Positions 1-13,660 of a stretch of DNA of 64,000 bases are shown here, in pieces; the stretch's first letter is position 1, and each line of letters begins with the position of its first letter. Location: positions 558,001 to 622,000 of the forward strand of contig NIVC01000283.1 in the NCBI GenBank assembly GCA_002269645.1, written 5' to 3'. The position numbers and the translations under genes are program-made. The DNA comes from Macrostomum lignano. Taxonomy: Eukaryota. The notes beneath the pieces were generated by a model. It made no database searches and had not been told where the DNA came from. It was given only the letters and a program-made list of their open reading frames with translations.

Positions 1-1319
1 GGCCTCTCACTGTAGCTGGCGCTGAATGTACACCTTATAAATTTGAATGCTTTAAAGCAGGAATTTTCAATCGTTGTTTGTGCTTCGAATTTTTTTTCAG
101 AAGAGAGCCTTGTATTGCTGAAAAGAGCTAGAAACACTGAGTTCGGGAATATAATTTTTTGCTGAGATTTGAAAAATTAAAAGCACAGCATTAAAAAGAA
201 GATTTCCATGCATTTTACTTTATATACTCATTGTACGCTCTCCCATATCGAAAAACCCTTCTGTGACGAATTTAGGATGACTATTTACGAAGTAGTGAAC
301 GATGTCGATGTTGCGTCGGATGTCGAGAGTTTATTTTAATCAATTCACAATTGATAATAACCTAGTTCGTCTGATACTATAGATAGCGATGAGCGTTGGT
401 AGTACTAGTAGTATTGTAATGAAACGGTGTGGAGGAAGGCATGAGCGAGAGGAAGAAAAATATTTGAATAAGTTTTATATACTGCTAACTATTTCTATGA
501 ATTATACGGTATTACAAAAATACGTCAACGCTAATAAATTAAATAAGTAGGTTGAATTTAAGTGTAATGTACATGTAAAAAGAGATTATATACTGTATGT
601 TTTACAGGTACGACGCAGAATAGGAAAGAAGTATGAAAGTGACATCGTCACACTCGCCTCTTTTCCAAAAAGAGGTTTAGCTCGTAGCTACACTACTTAC
701 AAGTAGAAGGCTGTGTGCATACTAATTATTGAAAGAATATCGAACGTCCTAGAGTGAACATGTGTCTTTAAAAAGCATATTGTTGAGTTATTTTGAGTAT
801 AGTTTCATTAATAGGAAAGCTTCAGAGCAAAACATCAAATCGAAGATTGTACGAGCTACTATTAAGACAAGGCAAAAAGCGAATCAATAATTGCTGAAAA
901 TTATCGAATTAAAGTAAATAATGCATCAATATTTGAAGTGTAAATTAAAAACAAACAAATGCAATATCAAAGAATTTCAACCTATGTAGAGTAAGAATAA
1001 TAAGTAATATGCAGATGGGTCAATGAAAAAACCAGCAGAATTAAGCACACTGGAAGACGCCGCCGATGCGACGGAGTTGAGAAGGCGAAAACGATGCAGA
1101 ATGCATCCGCTGCAGAGTGCAGCCAGCCGACAGACGGCTCACCAGCTGGGCCGGTTTCGGTGGACCGCACGGGCGCGCCCCCGATGGGACGCAGAAGCCG
1201 CCCAGACTCGCGCACAGTGGCGCAGAAAAAACAGGCACATAGAAAAGAAAGAACGCTGAAAAACGCCTATGGCGTCCGGCTTTCGAGGGCCGGTACCGCA
1301 ACAAATAGAATGTTTCACA

Positions 1320-1960
1320 CGCTCAAATTGCTGAGATGTCAAGGCTTGTAGGGGGGATTGCTGAGATGTTAAGGCTTAAGAGGGAATTGCTGATGTGTCA
1401 AGTCTTGCTGAGGGAAATTGCTGAGAGGCCAAGGCTTAAGAGGGAATTGCTCGGATGTCAAGGTTTGGGGGGAATGTTTGAGCAAATAAAAAGTAAAAAT
1501 AATGTAAAATAAGAATAAAAATAATAGCCTTAAAAATAGTAATTGGTGAAATATCAGGGCTTAAGATAGAATTGCTGAGATGTCAAGGCTCAAGAGGAAA
1601 TTGCTGAGATATCAAGGAATAAGATGAAATTTCTGATAGGTCAAGGCTTGAAGATTGGAAATGCTGAGATTTCAACGCTTAAGGCGGATCTCTGAAATGT
1701 CAAGTCTTGGGAGGAAAATTACTGAGATGTCAAGGCTTGAGGTGAATCGGTGAGAGGTCAAGGCTTTGGACGGGGAGAAATTTCTAAGATGTCAAGACTT
1801 AGTGGAGGAATTACTGAGATGTCAAGGCTTTGGACGTGGAGAATTTGGTAAGATTCCAAAACTTGCGCCGGAATCGCTGAGATGTCAATGCTTGGGGGGA
1901 ATTTCTGAGGTGTCAAGGCTTAGGGAATTGCTGAGATGTTTAAGGTCTTGGGGGGAATTC
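1320..1960. repeat. Degenerate minisatellite, about 40-bp unit with core TTGCTGAGATGTCAAGGCTT followed by a G-rich linker
   Basis: Core recurs at about 1328, 1358, 1571, 1600, 1721, 1812 and 1876 with scattered mismatches; the same family occurs at 5370-6560. Confidence 0.8.
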
Positions 1961-2340
1961 TATGGATTGGGGATTCTTTGGATGAGGGAGGGGTGCTTCT
2001 AATGGAAATCTTTGGATATGTGATTCATTGGGGAATTCCTTCGATGGGGGATTTTTACGATGGAGGGTGCTTTGAATGGGGGATTCTTTAGATGAAGGAT
2101 TCTTTCGATAAAGGGATCCTTTAGATATAGGAAATTGGATGGGGATTCTTTGGATGGGGGTTATTTGGACGGGGGTTCTTTAGATAACGGGATTCTTTGG
2201 CCAATTATTTTTTGATGGGGGTTTATTTGGATAAGAGATCTATGGATTATTTGGATGTGAATTTTTTGTACGGGGATTTTTTGGATGGGGGATTCTTTGC
2301 ATATGAGATTCTTTGCATTTGGGATTTTATGGAGGGGGAA
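1960..2340. repeat. Low-complexity tandem repeat of GGGGATTCTTT(G/A)GAT-like units
   Basis: Repeated ggggattcttt/ggat motifs throughout the interval. Confidence 0.7.
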
Positions 2341-2460
2341 AACTGTGGTTGGAGTTTAAACGGAAAGCCCTAACGAGGGTTGGAATTGGCTATCAGATAT
2401 ATTAAATAAAAATAAAATCTAAATCTAAATCTTTCTTCTTCTAATCCAACTCCATTCAAA

Positions 2461-3260
2461 TCCACCTATACTAAATCTCTAAAGTCTGTCTGTCTGTCTG
2501 TCTGTCTGTGGAATTTCACTCTACAGATTGAATGCCTCAACCATTTTTAATCGCGTTTTCTGAAAGCATTGCAAATTTTTCGGTCATTGTACCGATAAAT
2601 TTTTTTTTCTGCTTCAATGATAAAGGTATTAAATATTCAAATCCATCCATCCAACTATGCTAAATCTCTAAGATATCTGTCTGTCTGTCTGTCTTCCTGT
2701 CTGTCTGTCCATCTGAAACGCTCTAAAGATTGCAATTCTTGACCAATTAGATCGCGTTTTCGCCAAAAGATTTGTAATTATCTGGAAAGAAGACAGTAAA
2801 AATTCCTTGTATCTGCTTCAATGCTAAAGGGATTAAATATTCGAAAAACATGCTTTTCTACAAAGTTCAAGCAGACTTTTCGACTTAAAATTCATTGTAA
2901 GACTCATTGATTGATTGAGATAAAAAACTGACTGGCTGAATTCTGATTCTGATAAAGATTGCATCACAACAAGTTGAAAACACTGTGCCAAGTTGAAAGA
3001 CAGAAATTGCGTAAACATATTGCTAACTTTATTTGAGACTGATGCTGACTGCCTGAGTATTTGATTGTCATAGCTGCTTCGTGTGACTTTCACTCGAAGA
3101 GAATTTGTGTTAGTATTCGTGTAACGCTCTAGAGATCGAATCGATTGACCAATTTTAATCACGTTTTTGCCAAAAGATTTGTAATTATCTGGAAAGAAGA
3201 CAGTTAAAATTTCTTTAATCGGCTTTAATGCTAAAGGTATTAAATATTCGAAAAACGAGT
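2461..3260 (+). mobile_element. Non-autonomous, microsatellite-bearing dispersed repeat (Helitron-like), internally duplicated
   Basis: CTATACTAAAT start followed by (GTCT)n, repeated at about 2655-2710. Block 2745-2845 recurs at 3145-3255. Block ATGCTAAAGGGATTAAATATTCGAAAAACATGCTTTT is shared with 34619 onward. The Helitron assignment is inferred from architecture only. Confidence 0.45.
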
Positions 3261-3466
3261 TTTCCCAATGCTTTCAATGGGAGGGCAAACTTTGTTTGAA
3301 TTCTTGACTGGCTGAATTCCAATTCCAATTATGATTGCGCCATAACTTTTCTCTCTACTGTGTAAGCTTCAATACTGGTTGCAGTGTGCAAGGAGAAAAA
3401 TGCTCAGTGGCTGCGTGTGTACATTCTGACCCTGGCTCTGACTGGCGGACTCCATAGAAAATTGCT

Positions 3467-4670
3467 ATTTATAGATTTCACTCAATCAACTGTGCATTGG
3501 CTCCGCCTGCACGCCTACACACTGAGCAGCCTATCACTGCTATGTATTTTAACTGCAGTTCTGAAGCATATATGGCTGATTTTGTTGTCCTCCCATCCAT
3601 AGGCGGAGTAGCCGCACTGTAGGCACTTAGGACTAGGTTTAGGCTAGGCGTAAGGTCAAAGGTTCGAGTCTGCCTCTCCGGTGGATAATTAAAATTAAAA
3701 TAATTTAATAATTCATAGCTTTTGCCTCGACTAATTGAAACATTTTTCATTAACTCGCAATTCATTTTTTGCTACTCGGCACAAGCCACTAATCAAATTT
3801 GATTTGTTTAAACTGCTTCGAGTATAACTGATCCTATCAAAGGGTATTGTCTATCTCCATAAAAGTACGAAATTACTAAACTGCAAACAATGCTGCTAAA
3901 TTGCTTAAAGGTATTGCTAAATGCAGAGCTTTTCGAGACTGCCGATATGTATCGAAAATTGATCAGTGAGCCGTACAATTCTGAGCAAATTGCAGTTTTC
4001 TGCGGGGACTGAGGTGCCGGCCAGAGAAGAACTGCAGACTGTGAATTAGTTCCTCCAGACTTAAATCTAATTTATAGATTTCACCTAACTGCGCATTGGC
4101 TCTGCCTGCATACAACCCGTGCACTAAGCAGCCTATCACTGCTGTGTATTTGACTGCACTGCCAAAGCATATATGGGTGATTTTGTCGCCCTCCGATCAA
4201 TAGGCGGAGTAGCCGCACTGTAGGCACTAGGACAAGGTTTAGGGTAGACGTAAGGTCCCAGGTTCGAGTCTGCCTAGCAGCGGACAATTAAAATTGAACT
4301 TGTTATTTCATTTTAGCTTGTGCTTTGACTAATTGGAACTATTATGCTCAATTAACAAGGCACACTTGATGAACTATTTTTGCTATTTGGCACAAGTCGC
4401 TAAGCAAATTTGATTTGTAAAAACTGCTTCGAGTACATGCATTACGAGCGTACTGATCCCATCAATGGGTATATTGCCTAGCTCCATAAAAGTATAAACT
4501 TGCTAAACAGCAGACGATTCTGAAAAAAAACTGCTGAAAGTATTGCTAAATGCTCAGTTTTGCAAGACTGCCGATATGTATCGAAAATTTATTAGTGAGC
4601 CGTAAAATGCTGAGCAAATTGCAGTTTGCAGAGGAGACTGAGGAGCCGGCGGAGAGGAGAACTGCAGGCT
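3467..4670. repeat. Diverged tandem duplication of about 600 bp (about 3467-4030 and 4071-4670)
   Basis: Collinear shared blocks: ATTTATAGATTTCAC, TAGGCGGAGTAGCCGCACTGTAGGCACT, GGTTCGAGTCTGCCT, GACTGCCGATATGTATCGAAAATT. Confidence 0.8.
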
Positions 4671-5369
4671 GCTGAGACGATGAATGAAAATTGTTAATGG
4701 AACAGTTTTAGACTGCAAATGGAATGACTGCAGACTGCTGACGTAACTGCAGATTGTCGAAGGGATCATTGCAGATTGCAGAGGGGAAAAACTGCATACT
4801 GTTGAGGTAGTTCCTCCAGACGTATGAGCGTATAGCTGCAGACTGCTGAGAGGGAAAACTGCCGACTAATTGGGGGATAATGGCAGACTTCTGAGGGTAA
4901 CAAAAAACTATTGAGTTTTAACTGTGGAAGATTAAGTACAAGTTGTTGAGGGGGTTACCGCGAGCTGCTAAGTGAAATATTTTTGCTTCGGGGACAATTA
5001 TATGCCGCTGAGGGTATACATGCTTCATTTTAATAAAATTTGTAGAATGCAAAGTGGATGATAAATGCCGGCTGCTAAGAAATGACTGCAGTCTTTTTGC
5101 AGGATTAGATGCAGGGATAATTTAAGGTTGTTGTGGGGATAAATGCCGATTTATGGGAGTTAGGTTTAAATATGGAGATAAGTGGCCATCTGTTCGCAGA
5201 TTTTGCGGAAAGTGCTGGTGAACCATTGCTAAAGTGATGGTGAACCACTGTAATTTTTTAATAAATTCTACTTTGAACAGAAGAAAACTCAACGCAAGAA
5301 AAAGCGAAAAAGAATCACCATGTCAACCATAAAAGAAGCGGTCTGACGAGCATAAAAGACTCAATCGGA

Positions 5370-6560
5370 ATTGCTAAGATGTGAGGGCTGGCATGGGAAA
5401 TTGCTTTGATGTCAAGACTCATGGAAAAATTTCTAAGATCCAAGGCCTAGGGGGCAATTGCTATAATGATGTAATTCTCGGGAGAATTGCTTTGATTTCA
5501 AGTTTCATTTGTGACATTGCTATGTTATAAAGGCTAATTGGAAAATTGCTTTGCTGTCAAAGCTCATGGGGATAATTACTGGAATGCTTTGGCTGTTGGA
5601 GAATTGCCGAGATTGTTAGAGTAAGGTAAGGGTTAAACCATAAATTAAATTGGCCTGTCAAACATTAAAGACTTCATTGGGGAATACCAAAGCTCATGGG
5701 GGGTATCTGGATTATACTGTGGCTCAGGGCAACTGCTGTGTTTGCAAGACTTGGGGATATTGCCTAAATTTTGTGGCTCAATTAGGAGTTTCTGAGATAT
5801 TTCTGAGATATCAATGCTCATTATGGAATCACTGGAATTTCAACGCTCACGGGGGATCCCTGTAATGCTGTAGACTGTGGCTATTTGGGTATTGCTGAGA
5901 TGCTAAGGTTCACATGAGACTGGCTGAGATGTCAAAGACTCATTGGGAATAGCTGAAATTCAAGAATTGTCAAGGGTAATTGTTGAAATACTACGGTTCA
6001 TGGTGGGACTTACTGAAACGCTGTGACTTGGCAGGCTTAGGGTTAGTTTTCAACCATGACTCATGTGGAATTGCCAAGATAGGTTGGTCGCTAAATTTTA
6101 AGGCTCATTGGGAAAATTTTTAGATTTCAAAAGCTCATGGTCGAATTGCTGAAATTCTTAGGCTGAGAGGGAGTTGCTGAAATGCTGTGACTCGTCTTCA
6201 GGTTAGGGTTATGGTTAGGGTTTGGGTTCAATTATAGAACAATCGTCTTGTCAGACATAGCTCTTCGGGGAATTGCTGACAGGTCAAAGCTTTCGGCGAA
6301 AGATAGATTTCAAGGCTAATGAGGCTTATGAGGCTTATGATGAGATGTCAAGGCTTACTGGGGGAATATCTGAGATGCCAAGGCCTACTGGGTGAATTGC
6401 TGAGATGCCAAAGCTTACTGGGGGAATCGCTGAGATATCAAGGCTTACTGGGCGGGAAGAATTGCGCAGCTGTCAAGGCTCGAGTTTAATTGCTGCAATG
6501 TCGATGCTTACTGAGGGAATTTCTGAGTTGTTAAGGCCTACTATGGGAATTGTTGAGATA
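5370..6560. repeat. Second, more diverged array of the TTGCTGAGATGTCAAGGCT minisatellite family
   Basis: Best-preserved units at 6340-6460 (ctgagatgccaaggcctactggg...). Confidence 0.75.
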
Positions 6561-6792
6561 TGAAGGCTCATGGGGGATGGCGGAATTTTTCGGGGGAGGC
6601 ACTGGCTTTACAGCCATCCTGGGGCTGTCGGACGCCTGGATGAGGCGTTATCCACACAGCGCATTAATTGCATGCGCTGCATGGTTCGAGAAATTTACTT
6701 TGTTGCTTCTTTCGCATTCTGTTCTGTATTAACGTCAATCCGCACACCTATATGAATGTCAGGTACGTCCCTCCTATCACACCTACAGAAGC

Positions 6793-8692
6793 ATGCCAAA
6801 GCGTAGGAACATGCACAGTCCTAGTCGCATAATTGACGGCTGTTCCGAGGCGGTGCACCTCAAAGCGCGGGGTCGCCGACCTAAGAACCTGCCACACAGT
6901 GTGTCACGCCTGAAACCACCGTCAAAGCTGCCAAGACGTGGTTCGATTGGCTCCGCAACTGCATCAGCAAGTGCCCAAACTGCTGAGCCAGCCACTGTTG
7001 AGGAGCCACTATATCAGACAGCCGTGGAGCCGGCCACCTCCATCCCCGAGCGTCACACCGCTGCTTCCATGCAAGCCATTCCAGTCTGGACAGGTGCGTG
7101 TCAATTGACTGCTCAGGTTCATTGACGCATAGTCACAAAAGCCGAGCCTCTTACATACTGAGGTTGAGCCATTCTACCTCACAGACTTTCAGACAGGGTC
7201 ACCTGTACTACATCTGGACCCCCAAGCTGCTGCTGCATCCACCGTCCCGAAGCCCATCGCCTCCACCTCCGCCACCCCTGCTGGTAAGCAGGCTGCCGCT
7301 GCTAAGCATGCTGCCGCTGTCGCCGCTGCTGGTAAGGAGGCTGCCGCTGTCGCCGCTGCTCCTAATAGGCAGGCTGCCGCCACAGCTACTGCTTCCATGC
7401 AAGCCACTTCAGTCGAGACAGGTGCGTCTCAATTGATTGCTCAGATGCATTGACGAAGAGGGTTTCACTAGCGGTATCACGTTTTGCTGCAATGGGCTAA
7501 GAAGCCGAACCAGAAGCAATGTGCACAGGACTGTCCTTTTATGGGGCCAGCACCTAAACGGTAATCACGAGTTCGCCAAAAATTGTTCCGAAGTCTGCCA
7601 AAATCCCGAATTTTCAGTGTCACTTGATTGCACGCAGTGCCATGTGCGCGACGCGGAGCTGCAGAGTGTGCGGCACACAATGAAATGTTTACAAATTGAG
7701 CATCAGCAGCTCAAGGAGGATTGCGCCGCGAAGGACCTAGTCAACGCCAGGCTGCAGCAGGAGAGCACTGCAATGCGCCTCCGTATTTCAGGCCTGGAGA
7801 AGGAGCTGGACAAGCTACAAGCGGAGTTGGTCCAGGTTGGCAACACGGGGCCCAAATTTATATTCGCGCATGCTATTGTAGAAATTTCAAGGTTGTACAG
7901 TCAATTCTTTACTCCTTCTATTACTAAGGTACAGCATGACAGTTCCTCTTCAAAGGCCGCATTCAGGGCGCAATTTCTCCGCATCGCCCATTTTGCTGAT
8001 GCCATTAAAGACGCAGCCAGCAGCAATGCACCAGCAGCACAGCCAGTCACAGACACGGGCGATTTTGCGTCTGGAATGCTAGCTGAGCTGATGGGCATTC
8101 CATTGGACGCGCCACATACAGCTGCGGCCACTGTGTCAGTTGCCGCTACTGCATTCCCGCTGCCCGTTGCCGATGTTGCCGCCACTGCTGATGCCGACAC
8201 CAGCGGCACCGGTGCCGTGACCGATATGCCAGATATGGTCTCCCTGATTCCAGGGCACCCATACAAGGTATATTTCTTTCTGATGATTATCACGGTGATG
8301 AACATTTGACGATTACTTCCAACACACAGTAGACTTGTCCAAATCCTTGCTTCCACTTGTAGGTCAAGGCAAGAAGCTACTCGGAGGTAGTGTCCGCAAC
8401 TGAAGAAAACAAGCGGATGCGGTCCAGCCACACGCAGCTTCTGCTTGTGCGGGCTCTACTGCGCGCGGTTTTCTCAGAAGAGGACATCGCGACAAAATCT
8501 TTGACCGGTCCGACTCGCAACCAGGGCACCCGCGAACTGGTGCCATCTAGTTTCCTGGACGTTGTGCAGTCATACCTGGTGCGAGTCACAGGAGCTGCAG
8601 TGACGTCTGCGGAAATTCAGCTAGTGTTCCGACGCTTGCGCAGTGAGCAGAGGCGCCGTGCAAAAAAGTCCGACGAGGTGACTGCTGATTAA
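6793..8692 (+). CDS. Multi-exon gene: low-complexity N-terminus, coiled coil, C-terminal BEN-like DNA-binding domain
   Basis: GT-AG introns predicted at 7836-7928 (joins ELVQ|VQHD) and 8268-8362 (joins HPYK|VKARSY in phase 0). The last exon LLRAVFSEEDIATKSLTG...LVFRRLRSEQRR resembles the BEN-domain consensus. 5' exons are less certain. Confidence 0.55.
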
Positions 8693-8974
8693 AACTGTAA
8701 ACTGAGAGCATTAGAAGGCAAGAAGTTATACGAGCTAAGTTAACTTATAAGTTAAGCAAGACCAAAAACACATGAAGTAGCTAAAGGCTAAAACCACGTG
8801 CAACGATTTATATATTTGCAATGTACATCAGTGTACATCGACACATGTACATCGCGATTATTTGCAGATGAATACCTCCACCCTAACAACCACACAACAG
8901 CGAAAACATTCACGCCTCATAGAGCTAATGGGCATGGGCATTTTGTTAAGCCTTTTATGCTATTTGTTATATTT

Positions 8975-9215
8975 TTGTTACTTTTGTCGAGTCTTTTGTT
9001 ACTTTTGTCAAGTTTTTTGGTTACTTTTGTCAAGTCTTTTGTTACTTTTGTCAAATTTTTTGGTTACTTTTGTCAAGTCTTTTCTTACTTTTGTCAAGTT
9101 TTTTGGCTACTTTTGTCAAGTGTTTTGTTACTTTTGTCAAATTTTTTGGTTACTTTTGTCAAGTTTTTTGGCTACTTTTGTCAAAGTTTTTTTTGTTACG
9201 TTTGTCAAGTTTTTG
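8975..9215. repeat. Minisatellite, about 20-21-bp unit TTACTTTTGTCAAGTTTTTTGG, about 11-12 copies
   Basis: Directly visible tandem units. Confidence 0.9.
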
Positions 9216-10129
9216 TAATAAAATATAGGGTTAGGCGAAAAACGCTTTTATGTTTAGTTCTAGGAAAATTATTGTCTATAATTTATATACTCCTCTATTA
9301 TTTTGGTTACCTTTTTGCAGATAGTATTAGAGGTTAAGTGGGTCATTTTTGGCGCGGTTTTAAGTGCGGGTGTTTTGAGTCCAGTGCTATCCGATAATAC
9401 AATATTTTCCCTATATGCCATATACACGTAGAGCTAATCCAAACCGAATTTAAACATTAGACTTAGTAAATTAACTGCCGCCAAGATTGTGCCCTAGTAA
9501 TTTTAATATAATTAATATTATTTTAGACTCAGGAGCATCTTATTGTGTTCAAATTGATATGTACTACAATCAAATAAATCTGGAATAATAATTAAATAAA
9601 GTGCATATCACCCTAAATAAATTTAGTAGTTAAATTGAGTTACAATTTTTTTTTATTATTCGAACTGCACTGAGTGCTCTGCTACAGTTCTTGTAGCGAT
9701 TCCTTTCTACAAAATATGGTACTATAAGGACTACGAGAAGCAGAAGAGAATCGGAAATGCTTCAAATATTAAAAACTTCTCAAATTACAACTCCGAGTCA
9801 AAAGCGCGTCAACAACGCGTCAGATACGCTTCAGCGATAGCTCTATTCAAACGATTTAAGTGCGAGTCAAAGCGATTCAGTAACGCCGCTAAAACGCGTC
9901 ACCTGAATCGTTTTTGACGCGTTTCCACAAAACGCTTCAAAGTTATTCAGAAACAAAGTTATTCAGAAACGCGCGTCTTTTACGTGTACCGTGACATCTC
10001 GTCGGTTTTGAATCACACAGTACCCTCCTATCCCCCAGTGCAACTCCAAAACGCTTCAAAAGCGATTCAAATACGATGCAAACGCTTTATTTACGATTCT
10101 AGACCACAGTCACGTTTTCATCGGGTGGG

Positions 10130-10620
10130 ACTGCCAATGCTGACGGCCGAACAGATGGCCATCTACGAGGCTGTGACTGCGGATCTTGTCGTTGGCTCGG
10201 GCGGCCTACATTCCCTTGACGCTCCTGTCGGCGTTTGTGCGGAGTCGAGGGGAAATCGCCCTGGCTGTTGCGTCGTCTGGAAACGCAGCCACTCTGCTGC
10301 CAGGAGGACAGACTGCAAATTCGCTGCCGGCCAGTTCACTGGAGATGAGATCCTGCTGCCGAGGATTCCGCTTGAGCCCAACAATGCTGACCTGCCAGTC
10401 TGCTTCAAGCGGCTGCAGTTCCTAGTCAAGCCGAGTTCTGCCTGACGATTCACAAGTCGCAGGGCCAGTCGCTCGACACCGTGGGCATCGACCTGGCTGT
10501 CGGCTGCTTTGCTCACGGCCAGCTGTACGGCGCTTTCTCGGGCCAAGAGCGTACAGCGTGCGCGTCCGAATCTTCGGTGAGAGAACAAAGAATTTCGTGT
10601 ACCCTGAGGTGCTGACTGAC
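10130..10620 (+). mobile_element. Internally deleted Helitron Pif1-helicase remnant
   Basis: LTAEQMAIYEAV; ALAVASSGNAATLLPGGQTA; ILLPRIPL..FKRLQFLVKP; TIHKSQGQSLDTVGIDL..HGQLY. N- and C-terminal helicase motifs are joined with the middle missing; frameshifted. Confidence 0.85.
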
Positions 10621-12229
10621 TGAATCTGGGAATGCCAAAGCCGTCACAAGTACAGCCAACTGATATGTAAATGGTGTTCAACACCAAGGGCCCACGGAAG
10701 GCATATCAGTTTAAATCATACTACTGTGGCACTAAAAGCATTGAAAACTTGGAAAGCACCATAGTTTGAACAGTTTTAGACCGATTATTGCCAGCCAATA
10801 GCTAAAGCAGATATAAACAAGCAGCTTTAGTATGAATATATTAAGATAAAAAAGTAATAATGCGCTCTATAGTTAAATTCAGGCACAAACAGCAGCTGTA
10901 TTCCTTAAGGCTAATAAGAGCTGAACACATTGTTGCTACACTTGCAAGTAGTGGCTTGATTAAAATAAATATTTTCTACTTCAAATAATCAATTTTGTGC
11001 TCAGCGAACAAACTAAACTATAAACTGAAGCAATTCAGCTGTAAACTGTTAAGCTAAAACAGTTCAGCAGTGGGTCAAACTTAATTGGCAGGAACGATAG
11101 CAGATGGTGCTGTAGGGCAACCAGCCATTCTATGTTTTATCTCAGAGATATTCTCCGTTTCGCAGCTATAAGCCCACCTGTCCCACCTTTGCTGTAGACC
11201 ACAGACTAATAGTATACTAATACCCATGCTTCAAGGGCGTTAATGGAACATCAGCGGGCCTTAATGAAGTCTATGGCAATGCTGGGAACAATTATTGGTC
11301 TGCTGGGCAAAAAGGTCGTGGTACAATATCATGTCAAATTCATATCTTCTCTTGGGCTCACACCTCAGGCTTAGACCATGTCAGCCCCATACGCTTTTAA
11401 ACCGAGATATAGACTCACGTTTGAAATTCTTAAAATTGTTCACTGAGCACAGATTTGAAGTCAAAATAATTTACCGAACGAAAGTGTAGGACTGCCAATT
11501 TTTGTGCCACTGTAGTGAGAGCAGGTTGGTTGTATAGTGTTGGCCCTGAAGAAGCAGCTGAAAATTACATGTTCGCTACTTTCATGATTCATACTTTCTT
11601 CTGCCTCAACCAGAAGAGACTATGCAGCCATGGTCTGAAGTAGCCTCAGCAGAGCTGAAGGCTCCTTGTGACGCTTAATTGTTCCCTGAACAGCAGTTCC
11701 CCAGCTGAGTATGCTGAGTGCACTGATTAGCCCCAATAAATGTCTCCCATGCGGAGTTGAAGCCAGCAAGCAGGAAGACTGACACCTGAATAGATCCATT
11801 GGATCAAACTGTGCAGGGTTTCTGTCTTGCTGGTGGCAATTTCTGCAGAAGCATCTCCCTAACTTACATATTCTGTTTGGTTCCTTGCGAGGAGAAAACT
11901 TTTGAAAATTAATTAGGATATTCTAATAGAAATAGAATGTGCTGATTTTTTTTCGGAGTTGAAAAGGATATTAACTATGAAGTTCTTTATTCCACTTCCA
12001 AGAAAGTGCACTCACAAATAATAGTGCGAATGATAATATACTTTAAATTTAAGCTCATGATTTCAAAGTTCAAACAAAGTTCAAAGTTCGAAAGATCAAA
12101 AGTTCAGACGTCTAGAAGCATTTCGTCGTCATCCTGAACCGGCTGGACAGGCTGCTGCTGCTGCGGAGCCGGCTGCTTTTTCTTCTTCTTCTGCCAGCGC
12201 GCCCTTAGCGCTGCGGCGCTAAAACGGGC

Positions 12230-13660
12230 GGGGGCCAGCGCCCCATCCCACGGAGCAAGGCGAGAATTCTACCGGCGGGCCCGTCCAGCCGGTCGCCGCC
12301 GCCGAACAGCCGGAGGCGCAGAGAGTCGCCCCGGGGGCAGCGGCGAAGGACGTGGTCGACCGTGTCGAGCGCGCCGCAGTCAGGGCAGGAGGCGTCTTCG
12401 TTCGTTGATGCCGAGGCGGAGGCGGGAGGCCCCGCACAGGGGGCTGACGCCAGCTCTGAGCTGATTTATGGCGACGTGCTCGCGGCGGTTACGGGAATGC
12501 ATGGGCCGGAGGGGAGAGCCCAGAATGCGGGCATCCAAGGCGCGGCGGTCGCGGCGGATGGCCGCACGGGCTGACGCAAGGCTAATAGGCACGTCGACCT
12601 GGGGCAGCCCGGCAGCCTCGGCGGCGGCGCGGTCAGCAGCGGTATTGCTGGCAATGTCAGCGTGGCCCGGGACCCAGCAGAACAGAAAGTCGGAGCGCCC
12701 GGCGGACTCGGTGATGGTCTGCCAGCAGGCCGCAACGGTGGCGTTCGTCTGGCCGGCGGGTCCCTGCTCCAGAGCGGTCAGAGCACTGAGGCTGTCGGTC
12801 AGGACCGCTATGCTGGGAGGAGGGGCTGGGCGCTCGCGGATGCAGTGGGCCAGGGTGGCGTGGATCGCGGCAAGCTCGGCCTGGAAGCTGCTGCACAGGC
12901 GGCCGGCCGCGACGCGGATGGTAGAGGTGGAGTTATCGCTGAAGGTGATGACGGCTGCGCCGCCGCCGTTGGCCGTGCCGCTTTCGGCGGAGCCGTCGGT
13001 CCAGGCAATGGCGTGAAACTCTTCGGCGCGCGCGATGCCCGCAGCTGCGGCTGCGGCCCGGAGAGTGGCGGGGGCGTCTCTGCGAACACTGCAAGCCTGG
13101 AGGTCGAAACCGACGTGTCCCTCGCTGTAGTCAAGCCAGGGAGCGAGGCGGGGGCTGCGCTCGCGGTCGGAGGTATGCAGCGTGGTGGCGCAGATCGGAA
13201 GCCCTTGCGCGGCGTGACGCCAACATCCGCGGAAAGGGCGTGACCGATCAAGTTCGAAGCGAGTGTCGTCGATTGCTCCAGCAACGGCGGCGTCGTCCTC
13301 GAAACTCCGGCACTTGAGGCGTGGGCGAATAGCACGCATGGCGGTGAGGTACGCTGGGCAATCGTGCGGGAGCCTGGCGATCCGCTCGAACAGGTTAACG
13401 GCGTGCTTGATGGCGACGGTGCTGATCGGTGGGGGGTCGGCGAGACGGAGAGACAAGTGGTTGGGCGTCGTGCTGCAGCAGCCGGTGATGAGCCGCGCAC
13501 AGATCGCCTGTTGGCTCTCAATGCTGCGCCGGGTGCTCGGGGAGGCACCGTTGATCCATACGGCACCGCCGTAGTCAGCGCAGGCCCGAATGGTGCTGCG
13601 GTGGGCCAGGGCGCTGAGGGGCGCTGCGGCGTTGGGCCATCCGACGGCGCACCTCGGTTC
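12230..13660 (-). mobile_element. 3' fragment of a non-LTR retrotransposon (I/ingi-like): RT thumb, RNase H and C-terminal CCHC-like motif
   Basis: ORF 12380-13456: AWTDGS, SSFQAELAAI, VLTDSLSAL, WVPGHADIASNTAAD (RNase H D-E-D-D). Upstream thumb-like RACADYGGAVW...QAICARLITG; downstream CPDCGALDTVDHVLRRC. Confidence 0.85.

Noticed and set aside
6195-6230. TTAGGG-like hexamers as a telomere or telomeric-retroelement junction
   Set aside because: Only 2-4 degenerate units; similar short tracts occur elsewhere (about 5625, 6040, 37315).
1320-6560. CRISPR-like array (conserved 20-bp core with variable linkers)
   Set aside because: Units are degenerate, linkers are related to each other, no cas genes are present and the context is eukaryotic; it is a minisatellite.
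8798-9337. Phe/Leu-rich ORFs
   Set aside because: Artefacts of the 20-21-bp tandem repeat.
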